From: Mytilus trossulus | Lineage: Eukaryota | Assembly (NCBI RefSeq): GCF_036588685.1 | Contig: NC_086379.1 | Coordinates: forward strand, 47,678,001-47,742,000 | DNA length: 64,000 nucleotides | Reading direction: 5' to 3' | Shown here: piece by piece, positions 25,458-39,565 of the stretch | Layout of the letters: each line of letters opens with the position of its first letter | Position numbering within the stretch: position 1 is the first letter of the stretch | Translations under genes and position numbers: made by a program | Notes under the pieces: model-generated | Databases searched by the model: none | What the model saw: the letters and a program-made list of their open reading frames with translations, nothing else | What the model was told of the DNA's origin: nothing

Positions 25458-26047
25458 TTTTGATCGGATAACGTCACTTATTTACATGGCATCAATTAGG
25501 AGATAACTGTATTGTATTTTAAGCTCCGACGGCATCAATTGGGAATTTGATGGTCGCAAATTAAGTTTACTGGCGACGCGTTAGCGGAGACGGTAAACGG
25601 GTATTTGCGACCATCAAATCCCCAATTGATGCCGTCGGAGCTTAAAATACAATATTGTTATCTCCATTCTAATGAAACTGACAGAAAACAACTTTAAAAC
25701 ATGCATTTAAAATCTGTCATATGCCGTCTACGCACGCGCGTACGTCCCATAGCATCAATTGTCAATTGATGCCATGTAAATAAGTGACGTTATCCAATCA
25801 AAATGAACGTTACAAACGTTGTTGCATTAGAATTGACAATTGATGCTATGGTACGTACGCGCAAGCGCAGATGGTATATGACAGGTTCTAAATTCATGTT
25901 TTAATGTTTGTTTCTGTCAGTTTCATTGGAATTGAGATAACAATGTTGTATTTTAGGCTAATGCGTCGCCAGTAATCTTAATTTGCGATCATCAAATCCC
26001 CAATTGATTCCGTCGGAGCTTAAAATACAATACAGTTTTCTCCTAAT
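25458..26047. mobile_element. Hairpin element 3 (25498-25830) nested in an inverted older copy of the same family (25458-25497 + 25831-26047)
   Basis: Palindrome 25499-25665 with cap CGC-GTTA-GCG. 25458-25497 is the reverse complement of 25764-25803. 25831-26047 is the reverse complement of the body plus a partly deleted hairpin. AATT occurs at both junctions. Confidence 0.85.
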
Positions 26048-26180
26048 CGTTCATTTTTCAACGCCGTTATTTGCTAAAAGGATATAATGCCTTTTTTACC
26101 CCCTCTGCCGTGGTACTCTATCCGACTGAACGCTTGTGATGTCACGATCATCAATGCGTTTTTGAAAGTAAACATTCAGA

Positions 26181-26313
26181 TATAGCATGTTTTTGAGGAG
26201 TATTTGCGAAAAATACCAATCTTGAGAATGAATTTCACTCGCCTTACGGCTCGCTAAATTTAGCATTCTCTCGACAGGTACTTTTCGCAAACACCCCTCC
26301 TAAACATGATATA
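26181..26313. mobile_element. Fold-back hairpin element 4 (~133 bp, diverged)
   Basis: tttgcgaaaa.tacc / ggtacttttcgcaaa and gagaatg / cattctc arms; cap GCC-TTAC-GGC at 26241-26250. Confidence 0.75.
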
Positions 26314-29224
26314 CATTTTCGGCTAAGGTACAATAGGTGTCTTCGCAATCTTTACTAAGCGCCATTACACTCTTTTTGAGACTCAGATAATTTATGCGAA
26401 AAAAGATTGTGACTTTACATGTTGCACTGTCTTCATATTTGTTTGTAAGCTGGTTCTCGGCTGACTTATACACTTTGTTCATAGTTTTAAGTGAAGCGAA
26501 TACTAGCGGATACCAGTTTAAGTTGTTTGGTAAATTTCGTCAAGTACAAATCCAATTTCGGGATTGTTTTGACCCAAGTGTATTTTTTGTCAAAAGGTAT
26601 AGTCAAATATACCAGTTGGGCATGATTCTGATATCTACGTTTTCCGCAATTGATCACTTCTATCAAACAATAGTATGAAAGATTGGATCCAATTGAGACT
26701 TATACGCAGCTACATGAACTACTGGCTTCATTTAAGTCTATTAATAGGATGCATTTTTTTAATAGTCCTAGCGGTTTTAAGTTGTTGGTTTTTTTTATAT
26801 TTAATTTCGTTGAGAACAAAATATTGGACTAAACGTAAATCAAAAAACATATAATTCTTCTTCATTATCAATAAAAAAACATACATTATATAAATGTTTC
26901 ATGTTTCACTGAAACAGAGTCTGTGCTAGAAGCAGAGCAGCGTCATTTAACTTTTATTAATCACATATATTTAAATGTTTTATTTTCTCGTTAAAAAAAG
27001 TTAATTAGTTCAGAAGATATGTGTACGAATTGTTTGTTTGCATTGAAACGACTGTAAAATACTAATTGACTTTACATTCAGATTGAAAAAATATAATCTT
27101 GTTTTTGTAACTTTTAGAAAATTATATTTGAACCAAATCGAGAGAAAAAAATTGTGAACATGTCAAATGCAATGTGGTCATAGACCCTGCTTTATAATAG
27201 ACCGACACCCTGAGTCTATTTTTTGGGATCGGGCTATTTCACGATATAAAAGTCGACAGAAAGACATGTAACCGTACCAGAACACATTATTCTTACGCCA
27301 AGCGGACAAGTCTAAAAAGTTTGTTTGCCTTTACTCTTTATATGCCGCGCACAAAGAACCAGCACACACTTTAATGTCTTTGTTTAAGTAACCCCATCAC
27401 CCGAGTGGAACATGCTACCACAAGACCACTAAGATGACTTACTTATTAAGGAAGCCGGCTTGTCATGTTTTAGAATTTTTGTCAGATTTTCGGAATCCTC
27501 TGGTTTTATCCATTGGAATGCCTTGAAAAAAATTGCCCGGTGACCCCCATTTTTCTTTTCGTAAATCTTTTACATGTATAATGATTAGCAATCTGTAAAA
27601 GTCTTATAAGATTTTAATTACTTTTTACTTGTTTTTGAGAACTTCAACTTGTCAATGATAAAGTTATGAAAAGTCAAGAGAGAATATTTTCCCGCCAAAA
27701 TTTCAATGGCTAATATCTCGAAAACAAGCACGGTGACCTATATATTTTATTGGCTCCTTGGATTCCTTTATTAATCCCCTATCTGTATAAACTAGTGTTT
27801 TGAAAAGTTAATTACTTTAAAACTGAGAAGAGCACAGTAAGATGCATATGTTGTAAGGTTTTTTAAACTAGTTTACATATCTCGATCCCTCCCTATCTCA
27901 ATCTCAATCCCTTTCACCTCAATATCAATATCAAAAGAGCAGATATCAGTTATGAAAAATCACTTCAAATGCTCCATCATAAATAAAAGAAAAACTAAAT
28001 ATTATTAACCAAAGGAAACACTGACAAAGATACTGATTTAATATGTCAAAAATATTTAGATAGAACATTAGAAGTACTGAAGAGGTTCATGACCTGATAT
28101 GACACGAAACATGTAGATAAAACAACCACTGACAGTATTCCTGACCCGATATGACAAAACATATGTATATAACACACAGACAACTCCTGACGAGTTTACT
28201 GAAATAGCATATCAAAACACACGTGCACAATGCTGGAAAATACGACAGCCTAGTAGGTTATTTCAATTATGTGAATAATTCGCCGTTTTTAAAAGTGATT
28301 ATTTAATTTCCAGACCAAATATTTCATGATAATTTGGAATTTTTTGTTATCTAGGACTGTTTATTTGGTTAATTTGAATTTTACTTTGTTTATAAAAATT
28401 TAAATGATAATGGGAGATTGCACAGGCAAAATAAAAAAAATTGTCAATATGAGATAACTAAGAAACCCCAATAATGGTCCTCTATAATGATTTAAATATA
28501 TATTGTGTATGACAAAACATATATAAGATGAATTGATTGGTTAACGTCCAGTGGCGAATATTTCAAACAATGTTCAGAACTAGAAACATATAAACTAGTA
28601 AGGCATGATCATTTGTAATGCCGGAAAATATAAACTTGTGTCACATGTACGTTTTAAGAAACATTGTTATTAAAAAGCGATAAAGTGCATTATTTTTTTA
28701 TCCTTTAATTCGAGTGCAAATAAATTAAAACAAATAGTTTAATGTATATGGTTACCTTTTTCTGAAACAAAAATATATTTGGTGATTACAGGATAAAACA
28801 AAAAACAAAAACAACCGCTGGCTTTATACATGCATGTGTACTATGTATATCATTTTGTTTCATCTTTTTGTTTATTTCATATAAAAGAAGGCACTGAAAC
28901 TTCTTTATATAATTATATTTATTGACCGATTTTTACTCGCTGTCATATATATAATTCGCTCATTGTTGAAGGCCGTACGGTGACCTTTTATAATTAGTTG
29001 TTATTTTCTGTATCATTCTGGTCTTTTGGGGAGAGTTGTCTCATATGCAATTATACCACATCTTCTTTTTTTATAATTACAAACTGGGATGCGACTTAAA
29101 ATTCAGATAACTGTTCCGGCATGAGATTTGTGATAGTTTTTTTTAATATTTTAATGTAGCTCATGATTTGAATATTTTTACAATAGTAGTTATTTTTACG
29201 CAAACGTTCTAAGTATTATTTTCT

Positions 29225-29510
29225 CAAAGGGCGAAAGATATCAGAGGGACAGTCAAACTCATAGATCGGAAATAAACTGTCAACGCCATAGCCACAAAAC
29301 TAAAAGACAAAGAGACAAATAATAGCACAAAAATCATAACATGTCTAATCAAAAGACTAAGGAACACGAACCCGACTTACAACTGGTGGCGATCTCATGT
29401 GTGCTAGAAGGGTACGCAGATCATGTTCCACATGTGGCACCCGTCGTGTTAACTTGTTCATGTTATTACAAACCTGGTAAATAGTCTTATTCGGTAAGTC
29501 ACATTCGTGG
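29225..29510. repeat. Interspersed repeat, probably retroelement-derived (unclassified)
   Basis: GC-richer block ...gatctcatgtgtgctagaagggtacgcagatcatgttccacatgtggcacccgtcgtgtt; its start (gatatcagagggacagtcaaa) is echoed at ~12505. No coding capacity seen. Confidence 0.45.
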
Positions 29511-32500
29511 GGAAATTACTTTTTGGTCGGAGGTGTGATTGGTAATATTACATACAAAAATATGAATTTAAATCGAAACAAATTAGGTGTTTCATTTTTG
29601 TTTTCCCACATTAGCACGTACTGATATGTATCGTTGTAGTTTTCTTTTATAATTTATCATAACTAAAATGGCGAGTGAAACATTTACGATATCTTTTTGT
29701 GATAAGATAATATGTTAATGTTTTGGAAATTTGAAACTCTTCCAAATAATTTGTTGTAGGCGATCGCGACAATTCATTAATCTGTTACGATACTTCTGTG
29801 CGGGAGGTTAATTTTGCTTTGTTTATTTGCAAGTTTATGATTAAAAGAACTGGAACGAAAACTAGTTTGCACCAAATTTCTAGTACATACTGCACTAGTA
29901 TGACCCCTAACAAGTTTATGATATCTTTATTTAGCAGAAGATAGCGGACCTATTGATGTATACTTTTATACTTAAAATATTTTTCATAAATGTTTCTATC
30001 AGAAAACCATTTTTGTGTTACACAGTAGGTATAGAAAAAAAATTACATCTTAGAAAATTTCTTTTTTTGGGAAACGTCTTCACCTTTTTCCTTAATATAA
30101 GGACATTGCTAAAATAGAATAAAAGCTATCGGATCCCTATTACGGCAATAACTGCCAAATCGAAGTACTTGTGAGAGAATAATTGCACACATTTAACATG
30201 ATGGACTCAACAAATAATCCGTGCACTGTTTTCTGAAGTCATAAAAACAAACTACTGTTAACAGTGTTTCACTTTCTCTCAATAGGTTTTAATGACAAAC
30301 ATATATTAGGTAAGGTTATCTCCGGGTACTCTGACTTCCTAAGTCCAATAAAAACTTATTGCAATGGCATTGCCTAGTGTGTCAAAAGTTTATCATGATT
30401 TTTTTAAATTGTCATTTGTATGGATAATTTGCAAAACCGTGACCTGCTCACTTTGCAGATTCTGTGAAATAGATGAAATAATCACGTGAAATAATGGACA
30501 TCATTTAAAATGTTCAATTGTTTTGAAAATAACAAGAACTTTTAATTATACATGAACATAGGTTGATGATATAGCAGTTGGTTTTGTCTGGAATGATCAC
30601 TGGGACCAAACGACATACACATGTAGCCATGCAATAACTACCACTGACAAACCTTCTAAAAATTCTGTTAACGTCAAGTCATTGGCTTCACCGCAGTTGA
30701 TACCTTTTAAGACAACCAGTTCACCCCCAGCATTGGAATTGACCTAGTTGTAGAAATAAAAAAACAATTATAAATACGATAGGGATCAGTAGTACATTTT
30801 TTATCTGCACTTTTAATATGTTTTCAACAAGTTCACTTCCGCGGCCGACATGTTTTCTTCTGTGATAATAATCAAAACAAAATTATAGCCTATGTCACTT
30901 TGACAAATTATTTATCGATAGAATCATTATTTTCTTCTTATACAAGACGCACAAAAGTCAGTCTTTAATTTGGCATGAAATTATGGAACAATAAACACTT
31001 TAACCTTGATCAATAGTTCACAGACACTACAATAACCTCGAAATCAATTACCGTTAATGATATGCGGTCTGTGTTGTGAAATGTTCATTTCAATTTCCTA
31101 TTTGTCAACTATCGCAAAATGGTAATTGAAGTCACGCATCACAGCAACAAAATAAAAGGTTGGAATTTGCCTTGGTGGTATTTGTGATAGGACAGGTCAA
31201 TATTGACACATTTTTTTTTTATGTCAAAATACAAATAATGAGGTAATATACGTGTTAATTTATCCTTTAAATGTTTCCTCGTTGGAAAATACAAAAGTTT
31301 ACTTCACGTATATCAAGAATTTACAATTGATACAATAAATTGATAGAGCATATTAAGTTAATGAACAAAATAAGCAAAAAATATTGTTCATAGATTAACG
31401 AGCTCCATTCCGAGATATTTGAGTTTTAAAAAAAAGGCGGGAAAAGGCTGACTCGGACTTGTACCATATAGTTGCATTGGTATTACTTGTGTCTCAAATC
31501 TAAAGAAAATAAATCTAGACTAAATTTTTGGTAAATGACCTTTTATGAGCTATTGAGCTATAACATAAAAAGAAAAAGTGGGTGTTACGGGGCAAACTAA
31601 TTTACCTTGTATCGTAGGAATAAAACTGAGAAGTCCGAACACCTGATACAAATTCCAAAACCTCACCTAAGTAAATCCTGAAAAAAAACAATTTGTCTGC
31701 CGTTTCATAATATGTATAAAAGACAATATAAGCAAAAATGTAGAATTTATTAATGCCTCCTCGTTGGTTGAGTTCACAGACGTTGGTATACACTTTTAAA
31801 ATGTGACGCAAAATGTTGTAGTCCCCAAAAAAGCAAGTTGAACTTAATAACAGTTAAGAGTTAGAATCTTAATGTCGTGCACTTCTAACGAGAACTTGGT
31901 ACCGTAGTTCATTGTGTTATATTGCATAATATTACTAAGTGTTTAATTTACTTTTTTAATGTAAGTTGTAATGTTCCCGTATAGTTATTGCAAAATTAAC
32001 TAATTGGTGTAAATATGGGAATACCTACCCGAACTCACAATGACGCATTTGCTATTGTTCTTATTCGTCTCTGTTTTCAAAATAAAAAAACAAAGCCAGC
32101 TGCAAATTCCGTATCAGATTTAAAAAAGATTCGTGCAAACAGATTGGAACTCGCACGTCGATGAGTCAACGACAAAGAGACAATTATGATCTACTAAAGT
32201 TCAAAGGCAGTGGATGTAAGCAATCTGTTATTAAATCAATTCTCTTATAACAACTTATTTGTACTTAAAGCTAGGGTGTTTTGGCTTCACACATACATGT
32301 AGTAAATAAACACTTGTCAATTGTGAAAACCCAATGTTGTAATTGCCATTTTAATCATTGTTTGTGTCTCTAAGATTCGTTCCTATTTATTTATATCTAG
32401 CATACTTAATATCTTTTTTTTAAAATTCATAGCAATAGCAATACAGGAAAACACCAATAAACAACAACAAAAAAAGACAACACAATGTCTGAGTATGTGC

Positions 32501-33698
32501 TTCTAATTAGCAACCCTTTGTATAATTTAAGAAAGGGAAACCACATCTAGGTAGAGCAAAATGTATCCCTGCCTATTCAAAATCAGGGAGACATGTATGG
32601 TTGTAAACAAGAGATTTGATAATTATATTTTCCTATTGTAAAGTCTATTGAGCCACGGAGACTTATGTGAAAGACAATTGCAAGCTTGTTAACAACATTA
32701 CTCTAATACTGGAATCGAATGCAATTTTTTTAGATTTCTGCACGTGGAGGCATACATACATGTATATCTCCATATGGTCAGGAAACGAACATCGACATCA
32801 AGAAAAGAAAATTAACGATCATAGGAAACTGACTCTGTTTATCATAAATTTAGGCGTGGTTATTTCCCTTTAATTACCATGCATAAATGCGTAAAAAAAA
32901 GGATAAATCGGAAACTACATTTTTATTAATGTTTGATAACCCAATTTCTGAACTTCGATCCTGCATTCATATTTTTTAATGAACAACTTTGCCACGATAC
33001 AGATGATAGAACAATCTTAATTAGCTATTTACGAATTCATTTATCATTTTTCTAAAGATAGAAGGTGAAAATAAAGAAAAATGTATAGGTCGTTTGACTT
33101 TATTTGTTTATAAGATGTTAACTTTATTGTTAAATTAGTTTGTTTGTTTATTTAAAGGGTTTTCTATCTTTCTTTTGTAACATTTCATTTGTTTTACAGC
33201 ATTTAGCACATTGCTTGTTTGGCTATAATAATATTTGTTTATTTAACACATTTGATTATTTAAATGTTTTTATGACAATATTATTAGTTGTTGACTGTCA
33301 TAGTTCATGACAAAATCAGAAAATAGAAATACTTATTTGCGTGTTTTATTTAAAGACCTTTACTTATGATTTTTAATTGAAGAATCATTGATTTTATATA
33401 TATATATATATATTTATCATTGTGATAACGAAAAACAAATCTAAGACTTCTGCAATGTACATGAACATCGTCACATTTATGTAATATACATTGTCGTCAT
33501 TCGGATATTAACACGTTTGTGGTATCAACATCTTAAATGAATATAAAGGAGGTAGAATGTACTATGTCACTCCACAAATATTTACAAAACGTTAATTAGC
33601 TGATTTACGGTATCAGATATTGTTTATACTAAATTACTATCGCAAAGTTCTTCATACTTTATTCATTAAGACGATAGTGCAAACACAACACGGATACA

Positions 33699-33901
33699 AC
33701 TTTGGACATTATATTAAGACACTTGCTACTTTTTGCTGCTGTACAGAGACATTGTACATTATATTCAGACAATTGTTACATTTTGCTGCTGTTTACATAG
33801 ACATTGGACATTATATTTAGACAGTTGCTACTTTTTACTGCTGTACAGAGACATTGGACATTATATTCAGACAGTTGCTACTTTTTGCTGCTGTACAGAG
33901 A
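33699..33901 (+). repeat. Minisatellite, ~50-bp unit x4
   Basis: acattggacattatattcagacagttgctactttttgctgctgtacagag repeated four times. Confidence 0.9.
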
Positions 33902-35272
33902 TATGACGATGTTTTGTAAAACTAGTTCTTATGGATAATATGGACGTTAAGGAAGAACCAATCAATCAATTAATCTTATGGATACTTTGCAGCCTGCCAG
34001 AATTCGTTCAATATCTACTAGTAGGGAAGTTTTGGTCGTAAATGTAAGTTTTCGTTCATTTCTCTTCTATTTTCATGCACCTTAAAAAATCAAAACCCAT
34101 TTACAATTTTTCTTCAATTTTGTTCGTTGAAAATTAATTTTATTCAGTCGTATATTACATTTATTTATATGTATTTTTGTTTATCTAATGAAAACTATTA
34201 ATAATCTGTAAAGAATTACATTTGTAAATAACTATATGTTCTTAGCTGAAAATGATCTTAACAAAACATTTTGATAACCTTTAACCCATCACTATAAAAG
34301 TTTTTCAAACAAACATCAAGGGCTGTATACGGTATTACATAATAGTTGTTTACTTTAATACCATTTCATGTCTGATGAAGAGTGGTCTCATCAGCATACA
34401 CATCACTTCTTCTTTTTATTTTAATGGATTAATTTGCGGTTTGATGCTAGAGTCCATTGTTTTTTTTTCATACAGAAAACGGAAATTAAACCAGTTAAAC
34501 AGCACGTAAAACCTCTCGCATGTTTATTATACACTTTTTCAAACACGGGACAGTTTTTCGACCACGCTGTATGAAATACAATAGCTACATTGTACATGTA
34601 CATGCATGAATATAAAAAAAAGTTAAAAAATAGCAATCAGTTGAATTGGAAATGTTGTTGCCTTAAGAACTATTTTATTCTTTAATTCGTTTTATAATAT
34701 TTTACCTCCCGAACTTTGATCTAAAGTTTCCCTTTATAGGTTATAATGATTAATTGAGTAACATGGATGGTATCTGTTTATGAATATGGTAAAATTGTAT
34801 TTATAATAAAGAGTCATCTATACGATGTTTTCTATTATAAGACACTTCGAACACTTTTTTTTTTATACCAAAGGCAAAATAATATGTTCAAGACAGGCAA
34901 GAAGAATGGTAAATTGTGTTTAGAAAAGCAACAGGAATCTTTTTTTTTTGAGGAAAAAAAACTGTCTTATTAATTCATGTTTTTGAAATCACATGTTGCA
35001 TTTGGTAATGACGATTGAGATGTATTGATTTTTCGTACTAATTTTTCCATGTCGTGTTAATAATTATTTCCACATTTACACCAGTTCTGTTTTGAGTTAT
35101 GCCGCTTTGATCAACAACCTGTTTTCTAAATCAAAAGGAGAAAATACCAAACTGCTCATGATTTAAAAAATAAACGTCGCCTACTAATTAGCTTAACATA
35201 CATTGTATCAATATGTGTACAAACTGTTTCATTCTATATGGTATACAAATACGAGTGTCAATAAGAGGCACA

Positions 35273-35746
35273 CAGTTAACTGCTAGTAGTCTGTTGTTAA
35301 TTATGTATTATTGTCATTTTGTTTATTTTCTTTGGTTACATCTTCTGACATCAGACTCGGACTTCTCTTGAACTGAATTTTAATGTGCGTATTGTTATGC
35401 TTTTACTTTTCTACACTGGTTAGAGGTATAGGGGGAGGGTTGAGATCTCACAAACATGTTTAACCCCGCCGCATTTTTGCGCCTGTCCCAAGTCAGGAGC
35501 CTCTGGCCTTTGTTAGTCTTGTATTATTTAAATTTTAGTTTCTTGTGTACAATTTGGAAATTAGTATGGCGTTCATTATCACTGAACTAGTATATATTTG
35601 TTTAGGGGCCAGCTGAAGGACGCCTCTGGGTGCGGGAATTTCTCGCTACATTGAAGACCTGTTGGTGACCTTCTGCTGTTGTGTTTTTTTATTTTGGTCG
35701 GGTTGTTGTCTCTTTGACACATTCCCCATTTCCATTCTCAATTTTA
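35273..35746 (+). repeat. Well-preserved SINE-like interspersed repeat (possible Nin/Deu-type central domain)
   Basis: Three copies in the window (also 16325-16600 and an inverted copy at 43650-43776 + 46451-46590). The central tttaacccc...cctgtcccaagtcaggagcc motif also occurs in the 46780-47020 family. The domain name is tentative. Confidence 0.75.
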
Positions 35747-35830
35747 CATACTATTTAAAGCAGTACATACATTTATGTATAACTATAATAAACTGAATGT
35801 GCGGTTGTGATCAGTACCAACCTACACATT

Positions 35831-36190
35831 TAATGAATGGCTATTATTTATTTTGATTTTATTGAACCATAAAACTAATTTTTGACTCTTAACATTGAAT
35901 AATCCGCGAAGCGGATTATGTAAAATGTGAAGAGTCAAAAATTAGTTTTATGGTTCAATAAAATCAAAATAAATCATTGCCATTCATTATAAATAAATTT
36001 CTATCAAAAATAAGGCTCAAAGAACTTTTTATATTTTTTATATTAACAATAACAAGCGTACACACATGTTGGCGTATGAATACTCAACGTCAGAGTGGGC
36101 GTGTCGCCATCAAAATTGACAACATTGAAAATAAAAATAATAATATTAACCAATCAGTAGACAGTAATAACACCAAATTTATTTATTAAT
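35831..36190. mobile_element. Fold-back hairpin element 5 (hairpin 35831-35989 plus body ending near CCAATCAG at 36150)
   Basis: Near-perfect arms ttttgattttattgaaccataaaactaatttttgactctt; cap CCGC-GAA-GCGG at 35904-35914. Confidence 0.85.
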
Positions 36191-37740
36191 GAATATAGTA
36201 TTTCTAAAACAGTCAGTTGAATCTGTTATACAATGCTCTATACTGTCAGAATCTGATAGAATAATTGTCAAAAACTGTTCAATTATAGAAATGTGCACAG
36301 CTGTTCGAGGATAATACAGCATTCTATAACAGCTTATATGGATCTCGTTATAAATATGTCCGGAGAACTGTAATACAAATAATTGTGGACAATTTACAGA
36401 GAATATTCTTAAGGTGCCAGGAAAACTGTATACATTTGTTCTTCCTTGTATCCATGGATATCTGTATCGAAGGTCATCATCTTGAAATTAAGTACAAATA
36501 ATTTTGACAAAAAATTTATAATTGGTTTCATGACGTCAGATGAATAGCAAGTTTCCAGGTGTTATCGATAAATAAACAACTAATAAGAAACCTCAAATTA
36601 AAAAAAAATCTGCATATGTTTTTATAACTATAAAATGAATAGTTTACATTATACAACTTATGTACTTTTTTTCTGAGGAAAATTCTTTAATTTGTCCACA
36701 TTTAGAAGAAGTTTACTTATTTTAATTGCTTGCTTCCAGGAGTGTAACCCTCCTCTTAAAATCCGGTGATCGCAATACGCATGGATATGTCATTAAAATA
36801 AACAGTTATATGATTGTACATGTTAAACACGTGCTCAATACCCATGCTTTCTGTTATTTGTTTACTATAAGGTGACAATCGGTAAACTTCTGCTTCAAAA
36901 CACGGTATTTTATTAGCAGCCTTTTTTCTTAAATCATAACAGACCATGACAGACAGAGAGAAATAAAATTGACGATTAGACGATATATTTGCGTAAAAAA
37001 AATGAGATAATCGTGCACATAGGACCAAGTTTATGATAATTATTATATACATGCATTGGTTCAAGAATTGGACAAACATGTTTTTTCACCATTCACTCGT
37101 TTCATATGACTTTAACGAACACAAAAACTAAACTGATCTGAGCAGACTAGCATGTACTGGAATCTAGTTCAAAGTCAATTACAAATATTGACAATCAAAC
37201 CGGTCAGATTGAGTATGTTAAATCCGATGTCTTGTGTGCATCGAATATCCCGCTTTCTGAACGTTACGAATACTCACAATATCTCTTTAATGGTCCCATA
37301 AGTGATCTGTTGCAAGGCAAACTGTATGTTCTTATCCAATGTATCCCTATTTTAGAGTGGCAGATCAAATTTCCCCGACTTTCATTACGGAAGTCTTGTA
37401 TTACAGGACCGACAAATCTATAATATCGTTAATTTATTCTCATACTGAACATTGGTATCTGATTGTTAAGCAACCAGCAATCATCCAATTAACAAGATCG
37501 TTTGCTTGTATGTAAATGAATACTTTCTTTCTTAGTAAAAAAAAAAAAAGCAAAATAAGTAACCTGCCTCATCCAACCCCTGAGTATTCCAACATCCTAC
37601 TTTAACCGACATATTTTTATGGTCCCAAAATAAGCCTATCCTTGCAGGAAAAACTTTTTCTGGTCCCCCATTGTGTCGGATAAAACAGGTTACACTGTAT
37701 ATGCTTTGACAATCATCTTGAATTTCGTTTTTCATGAATT

Positions 37741-39101
37741 CACTACAAACCATTAAAGTCTGAAATGGCCTATACCTGTACTCGACTGTACTGATTTTAA
37801 CTCGACCGGTCGTTATTGATCTGACTTTAACTTGACATTTCTCGACCCCAGTCTGAACCATACTCGACTGTACTGAATCGTACTTGACCATAATCGTTGC
37901 CGTTAAAAATAGTCTGAACTATTACTCGACCAGTGTGAAACAAGTCTTAACATATTCTCGACATGTACTCGACCTACTTTCCCAGACTAAACTATACATA
38001 ACCAAAGTTCTGAACAATACTAGTCTTGACCAGTCTGAACCATACTATACCAAATAACCTCATCTTTTTTAACTGTTAAACAATAAATTTCTTTTTAACT
38101 GACATATATAACAACAGCCAACCTTATATTAAAAATATATCTATTATTATATTTAGGATAAAAAATATTATATTATATAATTTATATAAAAAAGGGATAC
38201 AATTGATAAAATAAATAAAATTGTTTTTCTGATTAGTGGTGAAATATAAAGTATAACCTCTGCTTGGGGCAAACTCATAACTAAGATCACACATGGTCAG
38301 AGTTTTTAAATTCTAAATAACATTTATTCAAAATTGCGACATCCTGTTTAACTTAAATAACAAGGCCTTCCGAATATGCTAGACAAGTAATACACAAATT
38401 TAAGAAAATAGGGCTTTCTTTTTACCTGTAAAACACACATGTACTGAGGTAGTTAGACCATATTAAAGTGTTGTAAGTATGCAATGTATTTAATTTGACA
38501 AAATATAATACTTAAATCAATTGAAATAAATTTTTACTGTTACTTTAGAACACATTTCCCTTTTTTGAAAATGTTATCAAGGATTACTTTGGAAATTCTA
38601 TTATCATGATTATATTAAATCCTTGGTTTAACAATTAAGGTCTCATTTTTAAAAAAAATATTAATTTGTTTTATATATTATTTTATATATATATATATAT
38701 ATTAATATAAAAAAATACATTCCCTGCATTATTAACTAAACCCATGGCAACTAAATTTCAAGTTGTTGTTCAAATTACATTTTTATTAAAAAATATTTCC
38801 TAAATTGATAAAATTCAGTTGATAAATACAAAGAATAGGTCTAGGTTGGTTAAAACTTGGTCGAGTATGGTTCAGACTAGGTCGAGTACGGTTCAGACTA
38901 TGTTGAGTATGGTTAAGACTAGGTCGAGTACGGTTCAGACTCGTATAAAATGGTTAAAGTTAAGTTCAGACTGTTCAATATGGTTCAGACTACAGATGAG
39001 TATTATCAAGTAATTCTCAGACCAATTCAGACTGGTAGAGTACAAATCATTACAGTCGAGTACAAATATAGGCCATTTCAGACTTTTGCTAATTTGTAGT
39101 G
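37741..39101. mobile_element. Non-autonomous CACTA/EnSpm-type DNA transposon (1361 bp)
   Basis: Ends CACTACAAA / TTTGTAGTG; 3-bp TSD ATT (37738-40, 39102-04); extended TIR aagtctgaaatggcctata; inverted arrays of ~21-bp subterminal repeats (gtctgaaccatactcgac); no transposase ORF. Confidence 0.9.
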
Positions 39102-39346
39102 ATTTGAAGTGCAATCAAGTTGAACTTAGCACACATGTTTCCTATGATATGATCTTTCTAATGATAATTTAACAGGCTTCGGAACATAGAAAAAGATCAT
39201 ACGAGTGTGGCATTTGTGTACTATGGACACATTCTTGTTTGACTTGTCGATGTTATAGGAGTGTAAAATGGGTAAATTTTCTCACAAAATGGGACTTTAA
39301 TATGTAAAGGTTCAAGTCAGCAACCGTATTTACACATCAATAGCTT

Positions 39347-39565
39347 ATATAACATGTTTATTAGATCCTTATAATTCTGAACACAAACATTACAACAAAT
39401 GGTTCTTAAAAATTTCATGGGTTGCTGGAACCTGTTTGTCTTTCATATAGCACATCATATAACATGTTTATTAAATCCTTATAATTCTGAACACAAATAT
39501 TACAACAAATGGTTCTTAAAAATTTCATTGGTTGCTGGAACCTGTTTGTCTTTCATATAGCACAT
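39347..39565 (+). repeat. Tandem duplication, 110-bp unit x2
   Basis: atataacatgtttatta...tttcatatagcacat starts at 39347 and 39457, with about 3 differences. Confidence 0.92.

Noticed and set aside
37532-39013. ORFs with SSMVQT repeats (37532-37891 minus, 38819-39013 plus)
   Set aside because: They are by-products of the 21-bp CACTA subterminal repeats.
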